A stretch of DNA of 64,000 nucleotides, from IMG/VR virus record IMGVR_UViG_3300028549_001457, positions 192,001-256,000 of that record. One strand, 5' to 3'. Source of the DNA: a virus. Taxonomy: Duplodnaviria > Caudoviricetes. Made by a program: the position numbers and the translations under genes. Positions 44,501 to 54,267 of the stretch are shown piece by piece. Numbering within the stretch: the first letter of the stretch is position 1; each line of letters starts with the position of its first letter. A model generated the notes under the pieces. It was not told where the DNA came from. It saw nothing but the letters and a program-made list of their open reading frames with translations, and searched no databases.

Positions 44501-45864
44501 TAACTTCTAGCGGGTTATATACCGCCCCAGCAACTATTGGGACATACACAGTTACTGCAACTAGCCAGTCAGATAATACCAAGTCACGTACACATACCGT
44601 AACAACTGTTGCGATGCCAACTGCTTCACTAACTGCTTCTTCGAATCCAGTCCCCTATGGATCTGCAGCATTTCTAACTCCAACCTTTACTAATGGAGTG
44701 GGGGTTCTCAGTGGGTTTGGGACCGTTACGTCAGGCCAAGCTAACTTGAGCACGGGGGCTATGGTAGGGACTCCAAAATCCTATACGCTAACAGTTACGA
44801 ACGCTGCAGGCGACTCCGCTATAGCTTCTATTACCATTACTAATACTGAAGTAACACTTACCCCCATTACGGTTTCAAACGCTATTACAACTGTAGGGAC
44901 TATTGAACAATTCTATGCAACTGCGGCTGGGGCGGCTTTCAATCTCATTACTTGGACAGCATCTGGCCCAGGTGGGGGTGGGTCCTGGACGGGGAGTTCC
45001 TGGACGTCCCCTGGGACCCCCGGAACCTATACTATTACAGCAACTGCTCAAGCTGATGGGGTCACCTCTCGGAGCTTTACGGAAACTGTGGTAGCTGCCG
45101 CCACCGCAAATCTAGTAGCTGATACCACAAACCCTCTTGTTGGAGCCACTGTAGCCCTAACTCCAACGTTCACGGGTGGGACTGCGATACTTGGGACTTC
45201 TGCAGGGTCCAATAATGTATCTGCGAGTGCTATCTCTGGTCAGGAGATCTTGGTATCCAGTGCTGCTAATACATACACGCTACGTGTGACCAATGCGGCG
45301 AGTGACTTTGTGGATAGCTCTGTTTTGGTAGCTCCACAGATAGTTGTAGTGAATACTCCATCGCAGGAGTTGGGATTTACATATCAGACCATTAACACCA
45401 GTAGAGCATATACCGCAGAAGTTACTGGGGCGGTAGACACCTCAGTTGCGTGGTCTACCACGGGGTCTGGTATTGGTATTTGGGATTCTAACTATTGGAC
45501 TTCTGAGGCAACAGGTGCCTTTACAATAACAGCAACGTCTGTGGTAGATCCCGCTAAGTCCAATTCAAGAGTTATACAAGTCTTAGCGGCCCCAAGCTTA
45601 AGTATTGAAGGGGACTCATCAGTACTTCATGGTGGCACTGTAGCTATCACTCCTACTTTCTCGGTAGACGGGGGTGCTGCTTCTGTGAGTTTAGATCACG
45701 GTATTGGGTTTGTAACTAATGGGCAGGCAATCCAAGTAACCCCCTCCGAAGACATTACTTATACATTAACGATAACCAATCTAGCAGGGGACACCTTTAC
45801 CGTAAGTAAGCTTATTACTGTTGATATCCCTAAGTCGGGTAAAAAATCTGCAGCAGCAAGTTAA
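41578..45864 (+). CDS. giant Ser/Thr/Gly-rich Ig-like repeat protein (fibre/adhesin)
   Basis: many TYTLT.TN.AG and V.W...GG.ITS.G.YTAP repeats; in frame with ORF 40939 across a TAA. Confidence 0.85.
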   Translation: MSGSIDQGIGVVTSGQAYSTGALSASRTYTLTSTNAAGQSATSQVTVNVVAATIINSFVGATTVTAGTSTTLSWNVSNATSVNISPTVGGVMASGSTSVTPSASQTYTLTATNAAGDSTTSSQTVTVVPAPIISSFTGQKTITAGLSTTLSWVASNGTSYSISPTVGSVAASGTTGALSPGASQTYTLTVTNAAGTSVTATQTIYVVAAPSITSFTASNTNPLYGASVTITPTFSNGSGSITGVGAVASGTAYGTGAVTSTLAYTLTVSNGATTPATTTAGVSITPQTVSVSAISPAAPTKSVNTQTTFSSSVSGAINSTINWTCTGGSITSGGIWTAPATPGNYTITATSAADGSKFTSTAVNLVALPIATSLVPATSNPLYGATVDITATFSDGSAIVDNGVGGIGSSPKAFTTSAITSAQTYTLTVTNLAGATATTSTTVIPQTVSVSAISPAAPTKSINTQTTFSSSVSGALNSTINWTCTGGSITAGGVWTAPATPGNYTITATSAADATKVATTSVTLVALPTISNFVTALANITTGDSTTITPTFTGTSARIGTTGSGSSDINPSVSSGTGVLVTPNSNKTYTLTVYNTAGDFTTASVGVNVYAVPTISLVLTEASGTSNDGIITEGASVTLTPTFTGGTATLGTTGSGSSNTSASCTSGVGVVSTLGSSQTYTATVTNPAGRVVTATASVISYAAPSISSFTVASNPIDRGAIGTLSYVFANGVGVINNGIGSVASGLTSDTPALTVGTTYTLTVTNPAGTSAQATATVNVNAVAVSLASPGSPGNQTTSRYRATSYAVPHTGGSLLGTPGNLIDANPSSYTTGTANPAGLYGMQIYNFPSISDITSLSIPSIAFAGGSGALSTSCWISLDNGASWISSPTLVPNGAGLTLTPAQVQTLGNLSNLRLSIQFNISANGFFWVSDFPVDVTYLNAASITKSVGSQVQYYATVTGAVNTAVTWTCSGGSITSSGLYTAPATIGTYTVTATSQSDNTKSRTHTVTTVAMPTASLTASSNPVPYGSAAFLTPTFTNGVGVLSGFGTVTSGQANLSTGAMVGTPKSYTLTVTNAAGDSAIASITITNTEVTLTPITVSNAITTVGTIEQFYATAAGAAFNLITWTASGPGGGGSWTGSSWTSPGTPGTYTITATAQADGVTSRSFTETVVAAATANLVADTTNPLVGATVALTPTFTGGTAILGTSAGSNNVSASAISGQEILVSSAANTYTLRVTNAASDFVDSSVLVAPQIVVVNTPSQELGFTYQTINTSRAYTAEVTGAVDTSVAWSTTGSGIGIWDSNYWTSEATGAFTITATSVVDPAKSNSRVIQVLAAPSLSIEGDSSVLHGGTVAITPTFSVDGGAASVSLDHGIGFVTNGQAIQVTPSEDITYTLTITNLAGDTFTVSKLITVDIPKSGKKSAAAS
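42433..43117 (+). repeat. recent intragenic duplication (42433-42640 vs 42910-43117)
   Basis: about 208 bp at offset 477, mostly synonymous differences. Confidence 0.9.
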
Positions 45865-45884
45865 TCATAGAAATAGCATAGTCT

Positions 45885-45918
45885 AAAAGAAAGAGGTCTT
45901 CTATGGCCTCTTTCTTTT
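45885..45918 (+). terminator. intrinsic (possibly bidirectional) terminator
   Basis: AAAAGAAAGAGG-TCTTCTATGG-CCTCTTTCTTTT. Confidence 0.75.
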
Positions 45919-45935
45919 AGTAGGTGGTCTAACCT

Positions 45936-48416
45936 ATGGCAACAATATATATCCCAACCACAGTTAACTCACGCAGTATCTCTGCCCCTCCAGAGACTCC
46001 TGTTCGTGGCTCTAGATACATCGTTGCTGAAAACCCTAGTGGGGTTTGGGCATCCCACGCCATGCAAATAACCACCTGGGATGGCAGTAGGTGGAAATTT
46101 ATCATCCCAACAATAGGTGTCTCAACTTGGGTGCTTGATGAGGCTCTTGAAGTCACGTTTGATGGATCTTTATGGAAAACCTCTGCGGATATAAACTCTG
46201 CTATATTTGACGAATCTTCTATAACTACCACATGCTTCCCCACATGGGTGCTTGGGAGTGGTCCCCAGGCGATTAGTATATCATCGTCAAAGTTGTCCTT
46301 TACCCCAAATACGGGCAACTTAGCCTCTAGTGTCTTTACAGGATCGGGGGCTGGGCTCACTGAGATCCCCAATGGTGCGCTAGTGAACTCATCCTTGCGC
46401 CTAGGGACGTCCATAGTAGCGTTGGGAGAAGAAACTCTCTCGCTGGCAGGCTTGGTGTCTATTGCAGCTACAACTTTTTTAGGGGCACTTTCCGGGAATG
46501 CTTCATCAGCCACGGTAGCTACTAACCTAGCGGGGGGCAACTCGGGGTATATCCCATATCAAACTGGGGTGGGAGGGACTAGTTTTATCCCGTCAGGGGT
46601 TGGGGTGCTAGTTGGGGGTGCGGTTCCAAGCTTCACACAAACCCCCTCTTTACAGGGGTTGCATTTCTCAGGGATTCCAGGGTCCGCTATTTCTAGTAGC
46701 GTAAGCTCTGCCATTGCCACAGGTATTACTGATTCTAATGAGTCATTCAATACGGTTTACCCAACATGGGTTTCTGAGGCTAATGGGGAATCCTCCCATA
46801 AGGTATCTAGCTCCAAACTTACATTTATCCCTGCTACTGGAGTGTTATACGCAACAGGTTTTAGTGGCTCAGGGGCGCTTCTAACAGATTTGCCGAATGG
46901 GTCCCTAAGCAACTCAAGTATTATGATAGGCTCTACCAGTATTTCTTTAGGTGAATCCACGAGTAGCCTGTCTAATTTAACCTCTGTTAGTGCGTCTACA
47001 TTTGTTGGAAATTTATCGGGAACGGCTTCTGCTGCTACCTCCACTATTAACTTAAGTGGGGGTAGCCCTGGAGCTGTTCCATTCCAAAGTTCCGAGGGGA
47101 TTACTTCATTTGCATCAGGCGCAGGGGTCCTAGTAGGTGGACTTGCCCCTAGTTTTTCAACGTCTCCAGCTATTCAAGGGTTCCACATTACGGATATTCC
47201 CGGTTCAGCTATTTCTAGCGCAGTTGCTTCTGCGGATACTGCCACTAAGTTAGTTATCTCCAGCGATACTTGGACGAGCACTCCTGTTTACCCTATCTGG
47301 GCGGGGGCTATTGGGGAGGCTCCTTTACGAGCAACCGAGTCATCTTTATCGTTTATACCTTCAACAGGGGTGCTCTCAGCTATACAATTTGAGGGGTCAG
47401 GGGCTGGTTTATCGGGTATCCCTAATAGTTCTCTTGTGAATTCCACTGTTAGTATTGGAACCACTACGTTATCTCTTGGGGGCTCCGTAGATACTCTTGA
47501 AGGATTGACGTCTGTGGCTGCTACCACCTTCGTTGGGGATCTTACCGGGAATGCCGCTACTGTATCTACAAACGCTAATTTATTAGGTGATGTATCCTCA
47601 CTGGGTAATGTCACACAGATAGGGGTTAATAAAGTCACCCTGCCTCATTTAGCTTTGGTGGGAAGTGCTACATTTTTGGGGAGGTCTTCTGAGTCTACTG
47701 GAAATGTTGAAGAGCTATCCGCAACTCAAGCAACTTCTCTATTAAACGTTTTTGGGACTTCAAAGGGCCTCGTTCCGGGGGTCACACCTAATGCGTCTCA
47801 ATTTTTATGTGCGGATGGGACTTTCTCAACTCCAACGGGGACGGGTGTTGCATCTATTTCAGCTACGCTCCCGATTCTTTCAAGTGGCGGGACTTCCCCT
47901 GTAATCTCAATACCCGCCGCAATAAGTGGGGTGGATGGGTATATGTCAGGGGACCAAGCAAGTAAGCTTGCCCTTTTAGAGGCCCACCCTTTAACGCACC
48001 CACCCTCCATAATTGAGCAGGACTCTCTAAATAGGTTTGTGACTGATGCTGAAAAGACTTCCTGGAATACCCAACAGTTTAGATTTAAATGGTTTTTTGA
48101 AACACCCCTAACTGTTGTAGATCGTCAGCCTGTCTATTTAATAGAAGTCGCATCTACGCTTAAAACTATTAAGTTATTTAGAAATAGTCTAACTATATTA
48201 TCTGGTGTAGCTCAGTTAGCTATCTATAAGAATAGCGAAACCACAGCTTTGTATACCTTAAACTTGGATGACACCCTTCCAGGCAACTCCTGGGTTACAC
48301 TTTTCTCAAATCTATCAGAGACTCTTCAGGCAGATGACTTTCTTCAAATAAAAGTTATCGAGGGGAACCCAACATTTGAAAACCTAACTTTTCAACTTAA
48401 TATTGACTCAAATTGA
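45936..48416 (+). CDS. long DUF2793-type tail-fibre protein
   Basis: DUF2793-like N-terminus, three YP/FPTWV...SKL.F.P.TG.L repeats, C-terminal domain shared with 38454. Confidence 0.8.
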   Translation: MATIYIPTTVNSRSISAPPETPVRGSRYIVAENPSGVWASHAMQITTWDGSRWKFIIPTIGVSTWVLDEALEVTFDGSLWKTSADINSAIFDESSITTTCFPTWVLGSGPQAISISSSKLSFTPNTGNLASSVFTGSGAGLTEIPNGALVNSSLRLGTSIVALGEETLSLAGLVSIAATTFLGALSGNASSATVATNLAGGNSGYIPYQTGVGGTSFIPSGVGVLVGGAVPSFTQTPSLQGLHFSGIPGSAISSSVSSAIATGITDSNESFNTVYPTWVSEANGESSHKVSSSKLTFIPATGVLYATGFSGSGALLTDLPNGSLSNSSIMIGSTSISLGESTSSLSNLTSVSASTFVGNLSGTASAATSTINLSGGSPGAVPFQSSEGITSFASGAGVLVGGLAPSFSTSPAIQGFHITDIPGSAISSAVASADTATKLVISSDTWTSTPVYPIWAGAIGEAPLRATESSLSFIPSTGVLSAIQFEGSGAGLSGIPNSSLVNSTVSIGTTTLSLGGSVDTLEGLTSVAATTFVGDLTGNAATVSTNANLLGDVSSLGNVTQIGVNKVTLPHLALVGSATFLGRSSESTGNVEELSATQATSLLNVFGTSKGLVPGVTPNASQFLCADGTFSTPTGTGVASISATLPILSSGGTSPVISIPAAISGVDGYMSGDQASKLALLEAHPLTHPPSIIEQDSLNRFVTDAEKTSWNTQQFRFKWFFETPLTVVDRQPVYLIEVASTLKTIKLFRNSLTILSGVAQLAIYKNSETTALYTLNLDDTLPGNSWVTLFSNLSETLQADDFLQIKVIEGNPTFENLTFQLNIDSN

Positions 48417-48512
48417 TGTAAACCGCATAATAACGTAGATACACGCAGTTCATACCAGAAAACATGGTTGTATTCCTTTTGGTGAGATGTAGTTCTTAGC
48501 TGAGGATTCGTT

Positions 48513-50813
48513 TTGATATATTCCGCTGGGCTTTTTAGACATACTGCGGCATCTACTAAGGTTTATGATCGCACAAGACCCAACCTAGATTTGGTTAGGA
48601 AACTTTTAGACCAAATTGAGCATACGTCCCTACACCCTCAGGTAGGGGCTCTAAAGGCTACCCTACAGGATTTCGTATCCGGTGCTCCAGCTAGGATGCT
48701 TGTTTTAGCTAAGGATTCTGGGGGTAAACTTCTTGGTGCGTTAACATATGTTGATGCCAAAGATGAGCAAGAAATAAAAAGCTTGGGGGTAGTTTCTGGG
48801 GATGCTACGGCCCGGTCTTTGATCAGGACCCTCAACCACCAAAAGACTCTCACGGTGTCCGCGCAAACGGCTGACCATGAATTATATGACCAAATGGGGT
48901 TCCAACATAGCGAGGAGCTTGAGGATGGAGAACCTTCCTTGATGGTAAAATTACCCCCAGGGCATCAAGCCTCCACGATTCTATCAAAGGCGAGGGAATT
49001 CGCAGCAAAAGCTCATGAAAATGCTGGACAACTACGGAAATATACGAATGAACCCTATATTATACATCCTGAGGGGGTTGTAAAGATTCTTCAGGAAAAT
49101 GGGGTGCTCTCTCCTAATGTATTGGCTGCTGCCTATCTACATGATACCGTTGAGGATACAGCGGTTACTTTGGAAGACATTAAGCAGGAATTCGGGGATG
49201 AGATTGCCGGGTTAGTTGCCATGCTTACGGATGTGGCAAAACCTGAGGATGGGAACCGTGCCGTTAGGATGTCTATTAATAAAGACCATGCTGCTCAGGC
49301 ATCTCCAGATGGTCAAAATATTAAACTAGCAGATTTAATCCATAATGTTCGAGACATAGCTACGAATGACCCGAAGTTTGCAGCCAGGGTCTACTTACCC
49401 GAAAAAGAGGCTGTCTTAAATGTATTAACCAATGCAGACCCAAAGTTGATAGCCCTGGCTTGGGAAGAACTCAATAAGGCAAAAGAAATGTCTTCGCATA
49501 AAAAAGCATTTAAATTAACCGAGTCCCACGCCTCAACTATTTTTTTTCATGGGACTGACTCAGAATCTTCCGCTCAGAGCATCATTCAAAATGGTATCCA
49601 ACCCAGGGATGTTGTGAACCCAGAGTATCGTGGACGCGGGTGGATGGCCCCTCCTAAGGGTAGGGTCTACATTACGCCAAGTCTTGGGTATGCAGCTATC
49701 TATGCTCTAGGTGGGGATATATTCGGGTCCTCAAGCATTACTAATTTTGTGGCTAACAAAGACCCCCATGGGTTCATATTTGAAGTGTCGGGGAAGGATC
49801 TTGCCGGGGATGTCCAGCCAGATGAGGATTATATTGGGAGAACCCTTTGGGTTGCTTGGACATATTCAGATGCATTGAAAAGATTAGCTAATATTGAAAA
49901 TGGGTCCCAACCAAGGTCTGGGAGTGAGTTGGATAATCTTAAAGATCGTGTGGATGAAATGGGTAGGGAACCCATTAATAACCCAGTTAATGAGTCGATT
50001 CGTCTTGAACTACTCGCCCTAGCCAAGAATAAGTTGACGGATGGGCAAATCAAACGAGTGAGGCATGGTGAATATGCTGAATGGGCGAGATCCGGTAAGA
50101 AACTACAAAAAGTCTTGCCAGATTCAATCACTCAAGCAATGCTAGCCTGGGGTGCCCACGTAAGCCATTCAGGGACCGTTATGCCTACAAGGGCTTGGAA
50201 ATTTAAGAAAGAAGATGCAATGTCAATAAAATCCGGGGCTGAGATCATGCAAATTTGCACTGAGGTATCGTTAAAACCTAAGATGAATGTGGCATCCAGA
50301 ATCCTCACTGCTCATTTTAAGCGTAAGGTAGCTACGGATATGTCCCAACTTTTTTGTCCAAACCCAGATTGTGCTGACTTTGAAAAGGTTGACCATGGTA
50401 ATCTCTCGCAGGAGTTTGCCTATGGAGTCAATTCAGATAGACATATGATTTACTGTTCAACCTGTAAAACTCGCTTTTCCGAGACCAAATGCACTGAATT
50501 CTTTGGGGCCAAGCTATCTGGAGAAGAAATTGGAGATATCTTAGATAAGACAGTTGAAGGCAAAAGTATTCGGGATATTGCTGACGAGCTTGACCTAAAT
50601 AAGGATTCTGTTAACAATGTTCTACTTAAGGCTAAGGAAATCTGTGAAGACTACATTGGGAATAAAGAAAATACCAAGGTGACCACGGAGATAATGACTG
50701 ATATGAAGCTTCCCAAGAGCCAGAAAAGCAGTGTGAGAGAGTTCATTGATGAGATTGTTATTCCTGGTATTCATGACGAAAAATCCGACGATAAAAAAGA
50801 CTCCGAAGCATAG
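48513..50813 (+). CDS. polyvalent protein: GNAT-like + RelA/SpoT-type HD hydrolase + ART-like + IS1-InsA-like Zn ribbon/HTH
   Basis: EPYIIHP...AAYLHDTVED...IKLADLIHN; FFHGT...VYITPSLGYAAIYA; CPNPDC...CSTCKTRFSE + SIRDIADEL; TTG start uncertain. Confidence 0.8.
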   Translation: MIYSAGLFRHTAASTKVYDRTRPNLDLVRKLLDQIEHTSLHPQVGALKATLQDFVSGAPARMLVLAKDSGGKLLGALTYVDAKDEQEIKSLGVVSGDATARSLIRTLNHQKTLTVSAQTADHELYDQMGFQHSEELEDGEPSLMVKLPPGHQASTILSKAREFAAKAHENAGQLRKYTNEPYIIHPEGVVKILQENGVLSPNVLAAAYLHDTVEDTAVTLEDIKQEFGDEIAGLVAMLTDVAKPEDGNRAVRMSINKDHAAQASPDGQNIKLADLIHNVRDIATNDPKFAARVYLPEKEAVLNVLTNADPKLIALAWEELNKAKEMSSHKKAFKLTESHASTIFFHGTDSESSAQSIIQNGIQPRDVVNPEYRGRGWMAPPKGRVYITPSLGYAAIYALGGDIFGSSSITNFVANKDPHGFIFEVSGKDLAGDVQPDEDYIGRTLWVAWTYSDALKRLANIENGSQPRSGSELDNLKDRVDEMGREPINNPVNESIRLELLALAKNKLTDGQIKRVRHGEYAEWARSGKKLQKVLPDSITQAMLAWGAHVSHSGTVMPTRAWKFKKEDAMSIKSGAEIMQICTEVSLKPKMNVASRILTAHFKRKVATDMSQLFCPNPDCADFEKVDHGNLSQEFAYGVNSDRHMIYCSTCKTRFSETKCTEFFGAKLSGEEIGDILDKTVEGKSIRDIADELDLNKDSVNNVLLKAKEICEDYIGNKENTKVTTEIMTDMKLPKSQKSSVREFIDEIVIPGIHDEKSDDKKDSEA

Positions 50814-50855
50814 CTTCATGTATCTAGTTTGCAACCTTTTGGTAAGGTTCCACCC

Positions 50856-51428
50856 ATGCGAGTTATGACCCCCTCTCAGCATAAAACTGCCCTCCGCCAT
50901 TTTGCGGATAGGGATTCCTCACGAGTTTTGTTTGATACGGAGTGGTTGCAACTCAAAGAAGTTGATGGGTATGTGTATAGCCACGAAATTAGGTGTAATG
51001 GGAGTATTGTAGTAGTGCTTCCATACCGTAGAGTTGGGAAGGACGCATGGGAGTTTCTTTTACGAGACGAAGTTACCCCTTGTTGGGGGGGTGATAAACC
51101 AACCAGAAGTGCTATCACAGGTGGCGTAGAAAACGGAGAACCCCTTGAGGATGCTGTTAGAGAACTAAAAGAGGAGGCTGGGTATACCATAGCTCCAGAT
51201 AAGTTCGAATTTTTAGGGAAATGTCGAGGGACAAAATCTTCAGATACATACTACTTCTTGTATGCGGTTGATCTTGCAGGGCAGACCCCTACGAAGGCTC
51301 TTGGAGATGGGTCAAAGGGAGATCTAGCCCCCGCTGTTTGGGTGTATGGGTCTGATGTTTGTGCCCTTGAGGATGCTCAGGCCATTACCGCATATAGTAA
51401 AGCTCGGCTTAAACTAGGGATCTACTGA
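50856..51428 (+). CDS. NUDIX hydrolase
   Basis: GGVENGEPLEDAVRELKEEAGY Nudix box. Confidence 0.9.
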   Translation: MRVMTPSQHKTALRHFADRDSSRVLFDTEWLQLKEVDGYVYSHEIRCNGSIVVVLPYRRVGKDAWEFLLRDEVTPCWGGDKPTRSAITGGVENGEPLEDAVRELKEEAGYTIAPDKFEFLGKCRGTKSSDTYYFLYAVDLAGQTPTKALGDGSKGDLAPAVWVYGSDVCALEDAQAITAYSKARLKLGIY

Positions 51429-52252
51429 TGGATTTAATTTTAACCAACGCACATCCTGGTGGGTTGAGCTTTACAATTGCTACGTTTAGTAGCACTGGGC
51501 TTAATGCAACCATATCCATTGGACTCATGCATTCCGTAAAAACTGGTGAGTTTTTTAAGGAACTCCCGTCTGAGACAGCTTCTGAAATAGAAGCGAGACG
51601 CAAGTATGGGTGGACTAGGGCGGAGGTAGCCCTCCTTGGAGATTATAGAGCTACCATGGCCGCGTTAACTCAAACGCATTTGGCCACTCTAGGACAACAA
51701 GGTCGCACCACAAATCTAACAAGTCAAAATTTATTTAACTGGCTTGTGTCTATCTGGCCATCTATTCGTACCTACTTTGTAAATAGTGTTAGACGAGGCG
51801 TTCCATACACGATATCTCTGGCCTGCCCAAACTTAGCCCCACCATCATTAGTAGCTGAGTTCTCGGATCTAACCGTCCCAGAGATTGCCCCTGCGTATAT
51901 ACCAGCGCTGCAGGTTCATGTACCCCCATCGATTCCGTTCTCTGAGTTAGAAATAGTTGACCTAAATCAGTTCCATAAAACACATGCTAAGGCAGCAATT
52001 CTTTACCCGACTCCTGGGACCCAGGTTTTATCTGGGAGCCCCGTAATGTTGAGTGCAGACCAGGGGCTTCAAGCCACAACTACGCACAGGTTCACTTGGT
52101 ATATACCTGATAATCCAGTGTTATCGGGTATCCAGGTTGTGACCACGTTTACCTCTACCGTTAGTATGGTTGTCCCGGTTACCTTAATGGTAACCAATAT
52201 TGCTACGGGTATCTCTGATGCTATTGTTACTTACGTAAATGTAGAGCCTTAA
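51428..52252 (+). CDS. hypothetical protein with C-terminal Ig/PKD-like segment
   Basis: coupled ORF, 274 aa. Confidence 0.6.
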   Translation: MDLILTNAHPGGLSFTIATFSSTGLNATISIGLMHSVKTGEFFKELPSETASEIEARRKYGWTRAEVALLGDYRATMAALTQTHLATLGQQGRTTNLTSQNLFNWLVSIWPSIRTYFVNSVRRGVPYTISLACPNLAPPSLVAEFSDLTVPEIAPAYIPALQVHVPPSIPFSELEIVDLNQFHKTHAKAAILYPTPGTQVLSGSPVMLSADQGLQATTTHRFTWYIPDNPVLSGIQVVTTFTSTVSMVVPVTLMVTNIATGISDAIVTYVNVEP

Positions 52253-54103
52253 ATGACACACACATTTGGATCAACTCATTCAACCCCTCTTTGGGTCACT
52301 ACTCGTGAGACTAACGGGACCTTGATGGGGGCACCATCCTTTGAGGTGGATCTGTCTCTAAAAATAGGCGGTGGGCCATCTGTGTCGGTTGTCTGGGATG
52401 AAGGCCCTGGATTGGGTGTGTGTAGCTACCCTCTTACCACTGAAATTTGCGGTATGCCCATGTCCTTAAGTATCGAGGCAGATGGGTTCGTATCCCCAGA
52501 GGGCCTCCCCCTATCCCCAGCTTCAACACACCCTTCATCTATTCTAGGGATCCTACCTAATACCATAGTCCCCCTGAGCAATTTTGTGACTAGTCAAACA
52601 TGTTTCCATTTTATTAGCTTGCATCCTATCACGAAGCTATTAGCTCTGGGATCATATGCTCCTATGGACCCATCACTCCTAACATGGTCTATGTTGCCTT
52701 CGGTGGTCGCAGACGCATTGAGTTTCCAAATAACCTTGGCAGAGAATAAACTCCTTGTAAATGCTCGACTTGAATCCGATATCCTGTCGTTTGTATGCCC
52801 CATCCCTGATGTTACCAATAGCTCTTTAGCATCTGTTAGTTTTACTCAGTTTGCAGGGGGGACACCAGGGTACTCCAGGGATATTTTAGCTTCCTCGCTA
52901 TTAAACGGGAGGCCTTTGCTTGTATGCAAAGAGCTTTATGGTGCGTCCGTGTGGCTCCCATCCCAAGGTTCTCTCCTAGGTGTCAATGAGGTCATTAACG
53001 GATTAGAGAGTGATGTTGATATTTCAAAAGCAGTAGTAATTGGGAACCCAACAACTATATGGCTTTTAGGCATTACAAGTGGACTCCCAGAATTAATAAA
53101 ATATGACCTTTTAGACACCCCTCACTATTATGGATGCGCCAATTATTCTGATCTAGAGTGGTCAGATATATCTGTAACCCCCAGTGGCGTGTTTCTAACC
53201 TCGCAATCTGGCTTGTGGAAGTTTAACGGAAGTGGATCTGATGGGGGTAGCACCTGGGAAGGTTTCGGGGGGCCTCCTGCACTGGGGGTGTTGCCTGTTG
53301 TTTGGTCGGATGGTGACCCTCTCGACCCCTCAACCAATACGTCTATTATTGGGGTCCATGTTCTTACAAATACTCAGTATCCCCTAGAAGCTTCTTCAGA
53401 GACTCTCAGCCTAATTACAACTGAGTTCTTTAGGTTTGCTAGTCTAGAAGAAACTCCTTCGTGGGCTTCTTCTATTAATATCCAACCCGTGGCCTTAGAT
53501 ACCCCTAGGTGGGATGATAGAATTGTATATAATGCCCCGGAGGTTGTGAAACCCACCCCCGGAAACACTAACCTAAGGTTGTTAGCAACCCCCCCATTCA
53601 CTACGTCAGGTCCTTTGAACAGACTAGACCCCACCGGGTCCTACATTGTTAGTCAGAATGTTCCCCCCACCCCCAACCCAGTATCGGTCCAGGGGCTCTT
53701 AGTTGCTACCTCATCTCAGATATATCAGGCCCCTCACCCTGATGTTAAATTGGGGTATTCTTTATTGAAAATATCAGCCCCCGAACCTGCCTTGGCTAAG
53801 TTGGAAGCTACCTACTTCCCTTTGCAGCTACCTCAGTCAGAGCTAGGAGTCATAATAGATCCCGCGTTAGTTACTACTTTTAAGGCTATTCTAACCACAT
53901 CCAATACTCTCAAAGTAAGCCTGATTGCGCTAAACACTGCATTTATTCATTTGGGTTCTGACAAGACTGAGCTGCCCCCCGTTCTAATTGACTATGAAAT
54001 CCCCTACCCCAGTGGTCTCGAAGAACTCTCAGCAACCCTACATAATACTGACCATGTAACGACTGTTTTTACATCTGTTTACAATAGTTTAGGTGCCTTT
54101 TAA
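52253..54103 (+). CDS. putative virion structural protein
   Basis: 616-aa beta/Pro-rich ORF followed by the hairpin AATCCTAGG/CCTAGGATT-T. Confidence 0.6.
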   Translation: MTHTFGSTHSTPLWVTTRETNGTLMGAPSFEVDLSLKIGGGPSVSVVWDEGPGLGVCSYPLTTEICGMPMSLSIEADGFVSPEGLPLSPASTHPSSILGILPNTIVPLSNFVTSQTCFHFISLHPITKLLALGSYAPMDPSLLTWSMLPSVVADALSFQITLAENKLLVNARLESDILSFVCPIPDVTNSSLASVSFTQFAGGTPGYSRDILASSLLNGRPLLVCKELYGASVWLPSQGSLLGVNEVINGLESDVDISKAVVIGNPTTIWLLGITSGLPELIKYDLLDTPHYYGCANYSDLEWSDISVTPSGVFLTSQSGLWKFNGSGSDGGSTWEGFGGPPALGVLPVVWSDGDPLDPSTNTSIIGVHVLTNTQYPLEASSETLSLITTEFFRFASLEETPSWASSINIQPVALDTPRWDDRIVYNAPEVVKPTPGNTNLRLLATPPFTTSGPLNRLDPTGSYIVSQNVPPTPNPVSVQGLLVATSSQIYQAPHPDVKLGYSLLKISAPEPALAKLEATYFPLQLPQSELGVIIDPALVTTFKAILTTSNTLKVSLIALNTAFIHLGSDKTELPPVLIDYEIPYPSGLEELSATLHNTDHVTTVFTSVYNSLGAF

Positions 54104-54267
54104 GGCTAGATCTATTGTATAGCTTCACCTAATCCTAGGGACGTTCTTAATTGAGCCGACCTAGGATTTTTTCTATAGGTGAACTGACTTAAGGTAGACC
54201 TCTGATTAATACTCTCTTTTAGTAGTGTAGGACTTCTGATTAGACTTGCACACTCCCAGGCCATATT

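Noticed and set aside
36449-48416. Diversity-generating retroelement acting on tail fibres
   Set aside because: No reverse transcriptase, and the repeat differences are not adenine-specific and lie at N-termini.
50330-50660. Active IS1-family element
   Set aside because: Only the Zn-ribbon/HTH part is present, fused in frame; no DDE domain or terminal inverted repeats seen.
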